DNA of 64,000 bases from the NCBI GenBank assembly GCA_019420305.1, contig JAHZHL010000005.1, forward strand, positions 13,480 through 77,479, written 5' to 3'. Of this stretch, positions 28,401-37,300 are shown piece after piece (position 1 is the stretch's first letter; each line of letters begins with the position of its first letter). This DNA is from Bacillota bacterium. Lineage in GTDB: Bacteria; Bacillota; Clostridia; Peptostreptococcales; Anaerovoracaceae. The notes beneath the pieces are model-generated. The model saw only the letters and a list, made by a program, of their open reading frames with translations. It did not search any database and was not told where the DNA came from. Made by a program: the position numbers and the translations under genes.

Positions 28401-29780
28401 ATGAAAAAGACGTATGTGCTGGATACAAACGTACTGGTACAGGCGCCGTATGCGCTCTGGTCCTTTGAAAATAACGATGTGGTTCTGCCGGTTGCAGCTT
28501 TGGAAGAACTGGACGGGCTGAAAAAAGCAGAAGGAGAGAAAGGAGCCAACGCGAGACAGGCAATCCGGTTTTTAGAGCAGCTCCGTCAGAGCGGAGATCT
28601 GTCCCGCGGCGTGGAGCTTCCCGATGGTGGGATGTTACGGCTGGAATTAAACTGCGTGGACATTGAACTTCCGGACGGGCTGAAAAAGGACAGTCCCGAC
28701 AACCGAATTCTGAAAGTCTGCAGAGGATTGGAAAATCAGGGAATTGCCAATATCCTTGTCACCAAGGATATTGTTGTGCGGATCAAAGCGCAGATGATGG
28801 GTCTGAGAGCGGAAGATTTTACAACCGAACAGGTACCGGAGTCTCGGAGCCAGTATACAGGAAGAGCGGAAGTCTATGTGGCGGATGAAAAGTTGGAACA
28901 GTTTAAAGAGGATGGGCTGTTTCCTGAAGATTTGTATCTTACCGCGGCAGATGGGCAAAGAGAAACCGTTGAACCGGTGGAAAATCAATTTTTTATCCTC
29001 CATTCGGATCTTTTTGAAAAAAAGACTATGCTGGGGAAATACAGAAAAGGCAAAATCGTGCCGCTTTCTTACGCGAAGGCGCAGCCTTACGGGGTAAAAC
29101 CAAGAAATGCTGGTCAGTATTTTTTACAGGAAGCGCTCATGATGGACGCGCAGGAAGCTCCGCTTGTAATTGTAAAGGGAATGGCGGGGACAGCGAAAAC
29201 TTTTTACACGATGGCGGTGGGACTTTCAAAAGTTCTGGAAAGCGAGAACCCGGAATACCGGAAAATACTGGTCTGTCGATCCAATGCGCAGTTCGATAAA
29301 GAAATCGGATTTCTGCCGGGGACGGAACAGGAAAAAATCTCACCTTTGCTGCGTCCGGTAATCGATAACCTGGAAGTATTGCTCAGCCAGGAAGAAAAAA
29401 GCAGCGGTTCTCTGATCGCGGATGAAAAAGAGCTGCGGGGAAAAATCGACTACCTTTTCGACGCGGGAATTGTGACTGCGGAAGCCATCAACTTTATCAG
29501 AGGGCGTTCGATATCCCATACCTGGCTGGTAATTGACGAGGCGCAAAATTTAAGTCCGGTTCAGGCAAAGGGAATTATTACCCGGGTTGGCAAAGGGACA
29601 AAAGTGATTCTTCTGGGGGATCCGGAGCAGATCGACCAGCCTTTTTTAGACGAGCGAACCAACGGACTCAGCTTTGCGGCAGAGAAAATGAAGGGAAGTC
29701 CTCTCTGTGTGCAGATTACTATGAGCGCCGGAGAATGTGAACGTTCCAATCTGGCGTGGGACGCTGCTCAGAGAATGTAA
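28401..29780 (+). CDS. PhoH2-type protein (N-terminal PIN domain + PhoH-like ATPase)
   Basis: PIN start YVLDTNVLV...LEELD. P-loop GMAGTAKT, with Ala where Gly is usual. Walker B WLVIDEAQN, then GDPEQID. ATG 28401 sits after an RBS-like gtggggga. Confidence 0.85.
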   Translation: MKKTYVLDTNVLVQAPYALWSFENNDVVLPVAALEELDGLKKAEGEKGANARQAIRFLEQLRQSGDLSRGVELPDGGMLRLELNCVDIELPDGLKKDSPDNRILKVCRGLENQGIANILVTKDIVVRIKAQMMGLRAEDFTTEQVPESRSQYTGRAEVYVADEKLEQFKEDGLFPEDLYLTAADGQRETVEPVENQFFILHSDLFEKKTMLGKYRKGKIVPLSYAKAQPYGVKPRNAGQYFLQEALMMDAQEAPLVIVKGMAGTAKTFYTMAVGLSKVLESENPEYRKILVCRSNAQFDKEIGFLPGTEQEKISPLLRPVIDNLEVLLSQEEKSSGSLIADEKELRGKIDYLFDAGIVTAEAINFIRGRSISHTWLVIDEAQNLSPVQAKGIITRVGKGTKVILLGDPEQIDQPFLDERTNGLSFAAEKMKGSPLCVQITMSAGECERSNLAWDAAQRM

Positions 29781-29795
29781 AAGAAAGTGAGAAGT

Positions 29796-30437
29796 ATGAT
29801 GCGGGAATCCAGACTGTTTGATGGAGTAAAGGAGAAAGAACAAGAAGCGCTTTTAAACTGCCTTTCCTCAAAAGAGTCATGTTTCGTGAAAAATGATTTT
29901 GTGCTGCATGGGGGCGTGTCGGAACCGATAACCGGGATGGTGCGGGAAGGAAGTCTCCAGATTATAAAAGAAGACTATTGGGGAAACCGGATCATTATTG
30001 ATGTGCTGGGGCCGGGAGAGATTTTCGGAGAAGCGTTCGCCTGCGCGGAGATCTCTCCGATTCCTATCAGTGTAGTTGCGGCGGAAAAAACAAAGCTGCT
30101 GCTGTTTGATTACCAGAAATTGTTGACAACCTGCTCGTCTTCCTGCGCGTTTCATTCAAGGGTCATCCGGAATATGACCAGAATTCTGGCGGAAAAGAAT
30201 ATCCTGCTGATGCAGAAAATGGAACATATTACGAAACGAACGACCAGAGAAAAGCTGCTTTCCTATCTTTCTTCCCAGGCTGTTATGAAAGGTTCAAGCA
30301 GCTTTGAAATCCCTTTCAATCGGCAGGAACTGGCTGATTACCTGGCAGTCGATCGGAGCGCAATGTCCGCTGAACTTGCCCGAATGCGTGATGATGGACT
30401 GCTGCGGTTTCGGAAAAACAGATTTACGCTGCTCTAG
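29796..30437 (+). CDS. Crp/Fnr-family transcriptional regulator
   Basis: cNMP-binding-like N-terminal barrel (GEIFGEAF) and C-terminal HTH (RQELADYLAVDRSAMSAELARM). Confidence 0.8.
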   Translation: MMRESRLFDGVKEKEQEALLNCLSSKESCFVKNDFVLHGGVSEPITGMVREGSLQIIKEDYWGNRIIIDVLGPGEIFGEAFACAEISPIPISVVAAEKTKLLLFDYQKLLTTCSSSCAFHSRVIRNMTRILAEKNILLMQKMEHITKRTTREKLLSYLSSQAVMKGSSSFEIPFNRQELADYLAVDRSAMSAELARMRDDGLLRFRKNRFTLL

Positions 30438-30444
30438 TAATGAA

Positions 30445-30474
30445 GAGGCGCGAAGGCGCCTCGTTTCTTTTTTG
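30445..30474 (+). terminator. rho-independent terminator
   Basis: gaggcgc-gaag-gcgcctc hairpin followed by gtttcttttttg. Confidence 0.7.
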
Positions 30475-30580
30475 TCATCAAATTTTAAGAAAACCCCTAT
30501 ACAAAAGAGATTTGTTTTGTTGTACAATAATAATATCTACGAGAAACAGAAGGCAAGATAACAGGGAGAAAAAAGAAAAT

Positions 30581-31243
30581 ATGATAATTGAGAAAAAAGA
30601 TAATTTTCGGTTGGATGAAGATATTGTTCCGGGTACGCTGAAACCTCTAATGGAAGAATTTCAGGATTTCGTACTGCTGAGAAACACTTATCATGCGGCG
30701 ATCCGCGAGGTCAGTACAAAGCTGGAAGTTCTGGACGACGAGTTCCAGGTGCGTTATGATTACAACCCGATCCACCATATGGAGTGCAGGCTGAAATCGC
30801 CTCGCAGTCTCTTTGAAAAGCTGGAGCGCAAAGGACTCGAAATTGAAATCGCGTCGATCAGTCAGATTACAGATATGGCGGGAATCCGGGTAATCTGCAA
30901 TTACATTGATGATGTGTACGCGGTCGCTTCTCTGCTCTTAAAGCAGAACGATATCAAGCTGATCCGGCGAAGAGATTATATAAAAGAGCCGAAGGAGAGC
31001 GGATATCGCAGTCTCCATCTGGTTGTGCAGATTCCGGTATTCCTTTCGGATAAAACGGAAATGGTGCCGGTGGAGATTCAGCTTCGGACTATTGCGATGG
31101 ATACCTGGGCCAGTTTGGAACATGAGCTGAAATATAAGCGCAGCGGGGGCATTACGCCTGCTATGGAAGAAGAACTGAAAGACTGCGCGAAAGCGTTGGC
31201 AGAGGTGGATCAAAGGATGGAGAGAATCCATAAGGAGCTTTAA
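30581..31243 (+). CDS. small alarmone synthetase (RelA/SpoT-domain GTP pyrophosphokinase, RelQ/RelP type)
   Basis: 220 aa with HHMECRLKSPRSLFEKL, DMAGIRVIC, GYRSLHLVV and IEIQLRTIAMDTWA motifs. The listed ORF start 30440 lies inside the upstream terminator, so I used ATG 30581. Confidence 0.85.
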   Translation: MIIEKKDNFRLDEDIVPGTLKPLMEEFQDFVLLRNTYHAAIREVSTKLEVLDDEFQVRYDYNPIHHMECRLKSPRSLFEKLERKGLEIEIASISQITDMAGIRVICNYIDDVYAVASLLLKQNDIKLIRRRDYIKEPKESGYRSLHLVVQIPVFLSDKTEMVPVEIQLRTIAMDTWASLEHELKYKRSGGITPAMEEELKDCAKALAEVDQRMERIHKEL

Positions 31244-31375
31244 TTACGAAAATGATAAACCCGGAATGAGATTCCGTCTTATTGTGGCAGATGTGTGAAG
31301 AATGGGATGGATTTCTTTTCAATGTGAACGGGATATGTTAGAATCGGATAAACAGAAAAAAGAAAAGAGGGAAAT

Positions 31376-32605
31376 ATGAAAAAAAGAATCATTTCATTGG
31401 TAGTAGCGGTATGCCTGCTGGCAAGTCTGGGGCTGACCGGGTGCGGCAGCAGCAGTCCTTATAGCGGTTATGATTTGTCTGAATATGTAAAGACCGGAAC
31501 TTACAAAGGACTGGAGATGGATAAGATTGAAGTGTCGGTTTCGGATGAGGAGGTTGACGCGCAGATTCAGACAAATGTAGAGGAAACCAAGACAACGGAA
31601 AAAATAAAAGAAGGTACGGTCGCGAAAAACGATACGGTCAATATTGACTATGAGGGAAAAATTGACGGAAAAACTTTTAACGGAGGAAGCGCCGAAGGCT
31701 ATGATCTCACGATCGGATCAGGAGCGTTTATTGACGGCTTTGAGGACGGACTGATCGGAAAAGCGGTAGGATCCACCCAGACGCTGAATCTCAAGTTCCC
31801 GGACGACTACAGCAGTTCCGATGTGGCCGGCAAGGACGTCGTATTTACGGTAAAGATTAATTATATTTCTAAGGAGACCATTCCGGTATATAATGATCAG
31901 TGGGTAGCGGACAACAGCGATGTTAAAACGACAGCGGAATATGAGAAACAGGTCAGAGAAGAGCTTTACAAGGAAAAAGAGGATACAGAAAAGAGTAATG
32001 TGATCAGCACGCTCTGGACCAAAGTTGTCGACAGTTCCGAAGTTATCAAATATCCGGAAGACGAAGTGAACAAATATGTGGAAAAGATCGAGGCTCAGTA
32101 TCAGTCTATGGCGGAAAACAACGGAATGGAATTGAAAGATTTGTGGGAACAATACGGAATTGAATCAGAAAAAGAGTACAATTCCGAGAATAAGCAGACC
32201 GCGCAGGCCTATGTAAAAGAGCAGATGGTTATGTATGATATCGCGGAAAAAGAAAATCTGAGCTATACGGATGAAGAAGAGAAAGAGCTCAGATCGCAGC
32301 TGGAAGAGGCGGATTATCAGGATGATGAGTCTTTTGAAGAATCGTTCGGGCAGGATATGGATACCTATATTGAGCTTGCGCTGACTTTCAATAAGGTCGG
32401 GGAATTCATTTTTGACAATGCGAAAGTTGCGGGGGAAGAAGCGGAGTCGACGAAAGAAACTCAGTCTGAGCAGACGACACAGGCAACTGAGGCAACTGAG
32501 ACAACTCAGGCTGAACCCTCACCGGAGGAAGATATGAGCCAGCAGGATGATGCGGGTGCGGATGACGCCACATCGAATGATCAGCCTGGCGGAGCGGACG
32601 CTTAA
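31376..32605 (+). CDS. lipoprotein with a trigger-factor-type FKBP PPIase and C-terminal chaperone-like domain, plus an acidic tail
   Basis: Lipobox LGLTGC. PPIase segment VNIDYEGKIDGKTFNGGSAEGYDLTIGSGAFIDGFEDGLIG. No ribosome-binding N-domain. Confidence 0.7.
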   Translation: MKKRIISLVVAVCLLASLGLTGCGSSSPYSGYDLSEYVKTGTYKGLEMDKIEVSVSDEEVDAQIQTNVEETKTTEKIKEGTVAKNDTVNIDYEGKIDGKTFNGGSAEGYDLTIGSGAFIDGFEDGLIGKAVGSTQTLNLKFPDDYSSSDVAGKDVVFTVKINYISKETIPVYNDQWVADNSDVKTTAEYEKQVREELYKEKEDTEKSNVISTLWTKVVDSSEVIKYPEDEVNKYVEKIEAQYQSMAENNGMELKDLWEQYGIESEKEYNSENKQTAQAYVKEQMVMYDIAEKENLSYTDEEEKELRSQLEEADYQDDESFEESFGQDMDTYIELALTFNKVGEFIFDNAKVAGEEAESTKETQSEQTTQATEATETTQAEPSPEEDMSQQDDAGADDATSNDQPGGADA

Positions 32606-32761
32606 TGAATGGATGAAACCTGAAAAACGGCAGAAAAATCGGAATTGCGTGGAATTTGCGATTTCAGAAAAATAATATTGAAAAGAACTGCAAGGTATGG
32701 TACTATCGTTACGTTAGTTTGTCGATTAAGCCAGAACCTTGCAGTTTTGGCAAGAAGGAAA

Positions 32762-32925
32762 CTAGGATTCTCTGGAGAGTCTCAGCTTTGAGCGCCGAAG
32801 GTGTAAGCGGGAACGGAAGTTTTCGCGATCTCTCAGGCAAAAGGACAGAGCGAATCGTTGATAGGATTATCATTCATAGCTTTGCCTATTCTCTGGAAAG
32901 TCGAATTGTTCGGCTTTTTTTCTTT
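32762..32925 (+). ncRNA. glycine riboswitch (single aptamer about 32765-32850) with a terminator-type expression platform
   Basis: CUCUGGAGAG ... CGCCGAAGGUGUAA ... CUCUCAGGCAAAAGGACAGAG matches the glycine aptamer core. Downstream stem aaagtcgaa/ttcggcttt plus a T-run at 32897-32925. Lies upstream of an alanine/glycine:cation symporter. Confidence 0.85.
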
Positions 32926-32978
32926 GCGTTTAACTGCGCAGGGAATTGAATTTTATTATTATTGAGAGGGTAAAAAAC

Positions 32979-34403
32979 ATGGAACAACTGAATCACGTTT
33001 TGGAAAGTATTGACAGTATTGTGTGGGGCGTGCCACTGATCGTGCTGATTATGGGTACCGGTATCTTCCTTACCATCAGACTCGGCGTGCTGCAGTTCCG
33101 TAAACTCGGAAAAGCGCTTAAGTACATGGTAAAAAATGAAGCGGATGGAGAGGGAGAAGTAACCAGTTTTGGAGCGCTGTGCACCGCCATGGCGGCAACC
33201 ATCGGTACCGGAAACATCGTAGGTGTTGCGACAGCGATTATCGCCGGCGGACCGGGAGCGCTGTTCTGGATGATTTTGGCCGCGTGCCTGGGGATGGCTA
33301 CGAAATACTCAGAGGGCGTTCTGGCGCTCAAATACCGAGTGCTCAAGCCGGATGGACACGCTCTTGGCGGACCTTTCTACTATATTGAGAATGGAATGGG
33401 AAAAAAGTGGATCTGGCTGGCAAAGCTCTTCGCCATATTCGGAACCTGCGCGGGGCTTCTGGGCATCGGGACGATTACGCAGGTAAACGGAATCGCGACT
33501 GCGGCACAGGGATTCTTTGATCCCAACAATGAGAATACCGTGCATCTTTTCGGCAGGGACTATTCTATTTCCATTGTCATTACTGCCGTTGTGGTGGCCT
33601 TTTTTACCGCCCTTGTTGTAATCGGCGGAATTCAAAGAATCGCCAGTGTAACGACGATTGTCGTGCCCTTTATGGCTATCGGCTACGTGGTGATCTGTGT
33701 TTCGATTCTGATCGCGAATATTTCAGCGATTCCTCATGTAATAGGCGAAGTATTCGCCAGCGCTTTCGGACTGCGCGCGGTTGCGGGAGGCGCGATCGGC
33801 TCTCTTCTGATGGCAATGCAGATGGGCGTCGCGAGAGGAATCTTTTCCAATGAAGCAGGACTGGGAAGCGCGCCGATCGCGGCTGCCGCGGCGCAGACCA
33901 AAGAACCGGTGAGACAGGGACTGATTTCTATGACCGGAACATTTATTGACACGGTAATTATCTGTACCATGACGGGACTTACCCTTATGGTAACCGGAGC
34001 GTATGACAGCGCGCTGGATCAGGGTCTGGAAGGTGTGCAGGTAACAGCGCTGGCCTTTGGCAAGGGACTTCCATGGTCTGTGGAAACCGGCTCTTTTGTG
34101 ATGATGCTGTGCCTGGTATTCTTCGCCTTTACTACGATCCTTGGATGGGATTATTACAGCGAACGCTGTCTGGAATATCTGACAGGGGGCAAAAAAGGAG
34201 TCCTTACCACATACAGATGGCTTTATATCCTGGCAGTACTGGCTGGTCCGTTTATTACGGTAAGCGCGGTGTGGACCATCGCCGATATCTTTAACGGACT
34301 GATGGCTATTCCGAACCTGATCGCTCTTCTCGCGCTGAATGGTGTGATCGTGGCGGAAACAAGAAGCTATTTCAAGCGTCTGGCTGAAAATCGGCTTGAG
34401 TAA
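32979..34403 (+). CDS. alanine/glycine:cation symporter (AGCS family)
   Basis: 474 aa, multi-TM, with GEVTSFGALCTAMAATIGTGNIVGVATAI and GIFSNEAGLGSAPIAAAAA motifs. I chose ATG 32979 after the gagagg RBS rather than the listed TTG 32946. Confidence 0.9.
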   Translation: MEQLNHVLESIDSIVWGVPLIVLIMGTGIFLTIRLGVLQFRKLGKALKYMVKNEADGEGEVTSFGALCTAMAATIGTGNIVGVATAIIAGGPGALFWMILAACLGMATKYSEGVLALKYRVLKPDGHALGGPFYYIENGMGKKWIWLAKLFAIFGTCAGLLGIGTITQVNGIATAAQGFFDPNNENTVHLFGRDYSISIVITAVVVAFFTALVVIGGIQRIASVTTIVVPFMAIGYVVICVSILIANISAIPHVIGEVFASAFGLRAVAGGAIGSLLMAMQMGVARGIFSNEAGLGSAPIAAAAAQTKEPVRQGLISMTGTFIDTVIICTMTGLTLMVTGAYDSALDQGLEGVQVTALAFGKGLPWSVETGSFVMMLCLVFFAFTTILGWDYYSERCLEYLTGGKKGVLTTYRWLYILAVLAGPFITVSAVWTIADIFNGLMAIPNLIALLALNGVIVAETRSYFKRLAENRLE

Positions 34404-34428
34404 AGATTCGATAAAATTTGACATAAGA

Positions 34429-34476
34429 AAAACGGCGGGAGCAGGACAAAAAACGTTCTGACTTCCGTCGTTTTTT
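34429..34476 (+). terminator. rho-independent terminator
   Basis: aaaacggcgggag ... cttccgtcgtttt stem followed by a T-run. Confidence 0.6.
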
Positions 34477-34515
34477 CATATAGATATAAGGACAGACATA
34501 AAAGGGGGATAAATA

Positions 34516-34773
34516 ATGTTAAACACAGAGGATATCAGAAATAAAGAAGTGATCAATATTTATGACGGAAAGAGCCTGGGATTTGTCTACGATATTGAGA
34601 TCAACCTGAAAGAAGGAAGAATTGAAGGAATCGTGCTGCCGGGAGAACGCGGGCTGTTTAACCTGTTCGGCAGGGAGAGCGAGGATTTCGTGATAAAGTG
34701 GAAGAATGTGAAAACCATTGGAGAGGACGTGATTTTGGTAAATGTTCCGACCTCTTTGGAATCCGCGACTTAA
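34516..34773 (+). CDS. YlmC/YmxH-family sporulation protein (PRC barrel)
   Basis: 85 aa with [34 protein letters not shown], typical of the family. Confidence 0.85.
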   Translation: MLNTEDIRNKEVINIYDGKSLGFVYDIEINLKEGRIEGIVLPGERGLFNLFGRESEDFVIKWKNVKTIGEDVILVNVPTSLESAT

Positions 34774-34778
34774 AGCAC

Positions 34779-34807
34779 TTGGCAAAAAACACAATATGTA
34801 GTAAAAT
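34779..34807 (+). promoter_or_regulatory. candidate promoter, TTGGCA-17 nt-TAAAAT
   Basis: Hexamers at 34779-34784 and 34802-34807, upstream of nrdR. Confidence 0.45.
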
Positions 34808-34868
34808 CAGAATGTCAGGTTACAGGAATAGTAGATATGCAGGAAACAGCTGTGAAAGGAGGGCAAAG

Positions 34869-35375
34869 ATGAAGTGCCCGTTTTGTGAAAATCAGGATAC
34901 CAGAGTGATTGATTCCAGACATACGGAAGATGGACATGCCATCCGCAGGAGGCGCGAATGTGACGCCTGCGGAAAGCGGTTTACGACCTACGAAAAAGTG
35001 GAAGAAATGATTCTTATGGTAATAAAAAAAGACGGCCGCCGGGAAGCCTTTGACCGGAACAAGATTATGAATGGAATCATAAAAGCTTGCGAAAAAAGAC
35101 CGGTTCCCCTGGCTGAAATTGAAAAGGTGGTAGATGAGATTGAGCGGGGGCTCAATAATATGATGGAAAAGGAAGTGGAGAGTACATTCATTGGCGAGCT
35201 GATTATGGAACAGCTGCGCAGGTTGGATGAAGTCGCCTATGTTCGCTTTGCTTCCGTGTACAGACAGTTTACGGACATTAATACTTTTGTAGCTGAAATT
35301 GAAAAACTCCTGACCAGCAAAAAAAACAATAAAGGAAGCGTATATCATGAAGAAAAAAATTCGAGTAGCGATTGA
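34869..35375 (+). CDS. nrdR: transcriptional repressor NrdR
   Basis: [17 protein letters not shown]...[16 protein letters not shown] zinc ribbon plus an ATP-cone. ATG 34869 follows the aaaggaggg RBS; the listed upstream extension is discarded. Confidence 0.9.
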   Translation: MKCPFCENQDTRVIDSRHTEDGHAIRRRRECDACGKRFTTYEKVEEMILMVIKKDGRREAFDRNKIMNGIIKACEKRPVPLAEIEKVVDEIERGLNNMMEKEVESTFIGELIMEQLRRLDEVAYVRFASVYRQFTDINTFVAEIEKLLTSKKNNKGSVYHEEKNSSSD

Positions 35376-36012
35376 CGGTCCCAGCGGCGCGGGAAAGAGT
35401 ACGATCGCAAAGGCAGTCGCCAGAGAGCTGGGAATCGATTATATTGATACAGGCGCCATGTATCGGGCAGTAGGATATAAGACGATCCGCTGTGGAGTGA
35501 ATCCGGATGACGCGCAGGCTATGAAGGACATGCTGGATCATACGGAGATTGATTTTTCCGGCGGCAATATTATTCTGGATGGCGTGATCATCAATGACAA
35601 AATCCGTACGCCGGAGATTTCAAAGAGGGCTTCGGAGTGTTCCGCTCTGGCGGATGTAAGAGAAAAACTGGTGCAGCTTCAGCGGCAGATGGGACAGGCC
35701 AAGAGTGTAATTATGGACGGACGAGATATCGGAAGCAATGTGCTGAGGGATGCGGAATACAAGTTTTTTTTGACAGCCTCACCGGAAGAACGCGCGCGGC
35801 GCCGGTTTGAAGAACTGAAGGAAAAGGGGCAGTCGGTTGAATACGGGCAAATCCTTTCCGATATCCGGCAGAGAGATCATAAGGATATGACAAGAGAGCT
35901 GAATCCTCTCTGTAAAGCGGAGGATGCGGTGGAGGTGGATTCCACTGAAATGGGAATTGAAGAAGTGACGGAGTTTATATTAAAGGAGATAGAGAAGACA
36001 TGGCAACAGTAA
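35347..36012 (+). CDS. cmk: cytidylate kinase
   Basis: [35 protein letters not shown]. 221 aa. Overlaps the nrdR 3' end by 29 nt. Confidence 0.9.
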   Translation: MKKKIRVAIDGPSGAGKSTIAKAVARELGIDYIDTGAMYRAVGYKTIRCGVNPDDAQAMKDMLDHTEIDFSGGNIILDGVIINDKIRTPEISKRASECSALADVREKLVQLQRQMGQAKSVIMDGRDIGSNVLRDAEYKFFLTASPEERARRRFEELKEKGQSVEYGQILSDIRQRDHKDMTRELNPLCKAEDAVEVDSTEMGIEEVTEFILKEIEKTWQQ

Positions 36013-37241
36013 GACCTTTCAGAGCGGTTCGTCCGGCTCAGAAATACGCGGATAAAGTTGTTTCCCTGCCCTATGACGTTATGAATCGGCAGGAAGCGGA
36101 AAAAATGGCAGAGGGAAACCCATACAGTTTCCTCCATATCTGCCGCTCGGAAATTGATCTTCCGAATCAGAAAGATCCTTATGACAGGAGCGTTTATGAA
36201 AAGGCAAAGCAGAATATCGGGGATTTCCTGAACAAGGGTGTGTTCATCCAGGACGAGGAACCGGCCCTTTATATCTACCGGCAGGTGATGGACGGGCGTG
36301 TACAGACGGGAATCGCGGCCACCGTATCGGTGGATGAATATCAGAACAATACCATTAAAAAGCACGAATTTACCAGAGTGGAAAAGGAGCAGGATCGGAT
36401 TAACCACTTCGACATCTGCGATGCCAACACGGAACCGGTGTTTCTAACCTATAGGGATGACAAGCGAATCCGCCTGCTGATCGAGGGCTGGATCGCGGAA
36501 AACAAGTCGGTTTACGATCTGGAGACGGAAGACGGAATCCGCCATACCCTTTGGGTGATCGACGATCCGGAGCGGATTGGGCATATTACCGATCTTTTTA
36601 AAGAAGTTCCGTCTCTTTATATTGCCGACGGGCATCACAGAAGCGCTTCCGCCTGCAAGGTAGGGCTGAAAAGGAGAGAAGAACATCCTGACTACACAGG
36701 AGAAGAAGAGTTTAACTTCTTTATGGCGGTACTGTTTCCGGATGCGGATCTGCATATTTTCGACTACAACCGAGTGGTAAAGGATCTGAATGGCAATACG
36801 GTGGAAAGCTTTATGGCAAAAGTAAAGGAGGCCGGATTCAAGATCGATAAAAAGGGAGAGGATATTTACTATCCGGAAACGAAGCACTGCTTCTCTATGT
36901 ATCTGGAAGGCATTTGGTATCGGCTGACGGCAAAGCCGGAGATCATTCCGGATCACGTAATCGACTCCTTGGATGTGGCGATTCTGCAAAACCGGATTCT
37001 GGGACCGATTCTGGGAATAGAGGATCCGCGTACGGACAAGAGAATTGACTTTGTGGGCGGAATCCGGGGGCTGGAGGAATTGGAAAAGCGCTGCCATGAA
37101 GATATGAAAGTGGCGTTTGCCGTTTATCCGGTAGAAATTACAGATCTGCTGAATGTTTCTGATAATAACATGGTAATGCCGCCGAAATCCACCTGGTTTG
37201 AGCCAAAGCTGGGGAGCGGATTATTTATCCATATGCTGTAA
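36000..37241 (+). CDS. DUF1015-family protein
   Basis: N-terminus [12 protein letters not shown] plus ...IADGHHRSASA, characteristic of DUF1015. 413 aa. Confidence 0.85.
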   Translation: MATVRPFRAVRPAQKYADKVVSLPYDVMNRQEAEKMAEGNPYSFLHICRSEIDLPNQKDPYDRSVYEKAKQNIGDFLNKGVFIQDEEPALYIYRQVMDGRVQTGIAATVSVDEYQNNTIKKHEFTRVEKEQDRINHFDICDANTEPVFLTYRDDKRIRLLIEGWIAENKSVYDLETEDGIRHTLWVIDDPERIGHITDLFKEVPSLYIADGHHRSASACKVGLKRREEHPDYTGEEEFNFFMAVLFPDADLHIFDYNRVVKDLNGNTVESFMAKVKEAGFKIDKKGEDIYYPETKHCFSMYLEGIWYRLTAKPEIIPDHVIDSLDVAILQNRILGPILGIEDPRTDKRIDFVGGIRGLEELEKRCHEDMKVAFAVYPVEITDLLNVSDNNMVMPPKSTWFEPKLGSGLFIHML

Positions 37242-37253
37242 CCGAATGTGAAT

Positions 37254-37300
37254 AAACACTCCTGAAAGGGAAATACTACCTTTGAGGAGTGTTTTTTATT
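37254..37300 (+). terminator. rho-independent terminator
   Basis: 16-bp stem aaacactcctgaaagg / cctttgaggagtgttt with one mismatch, followed by tttatt. Confidence 0.8.
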
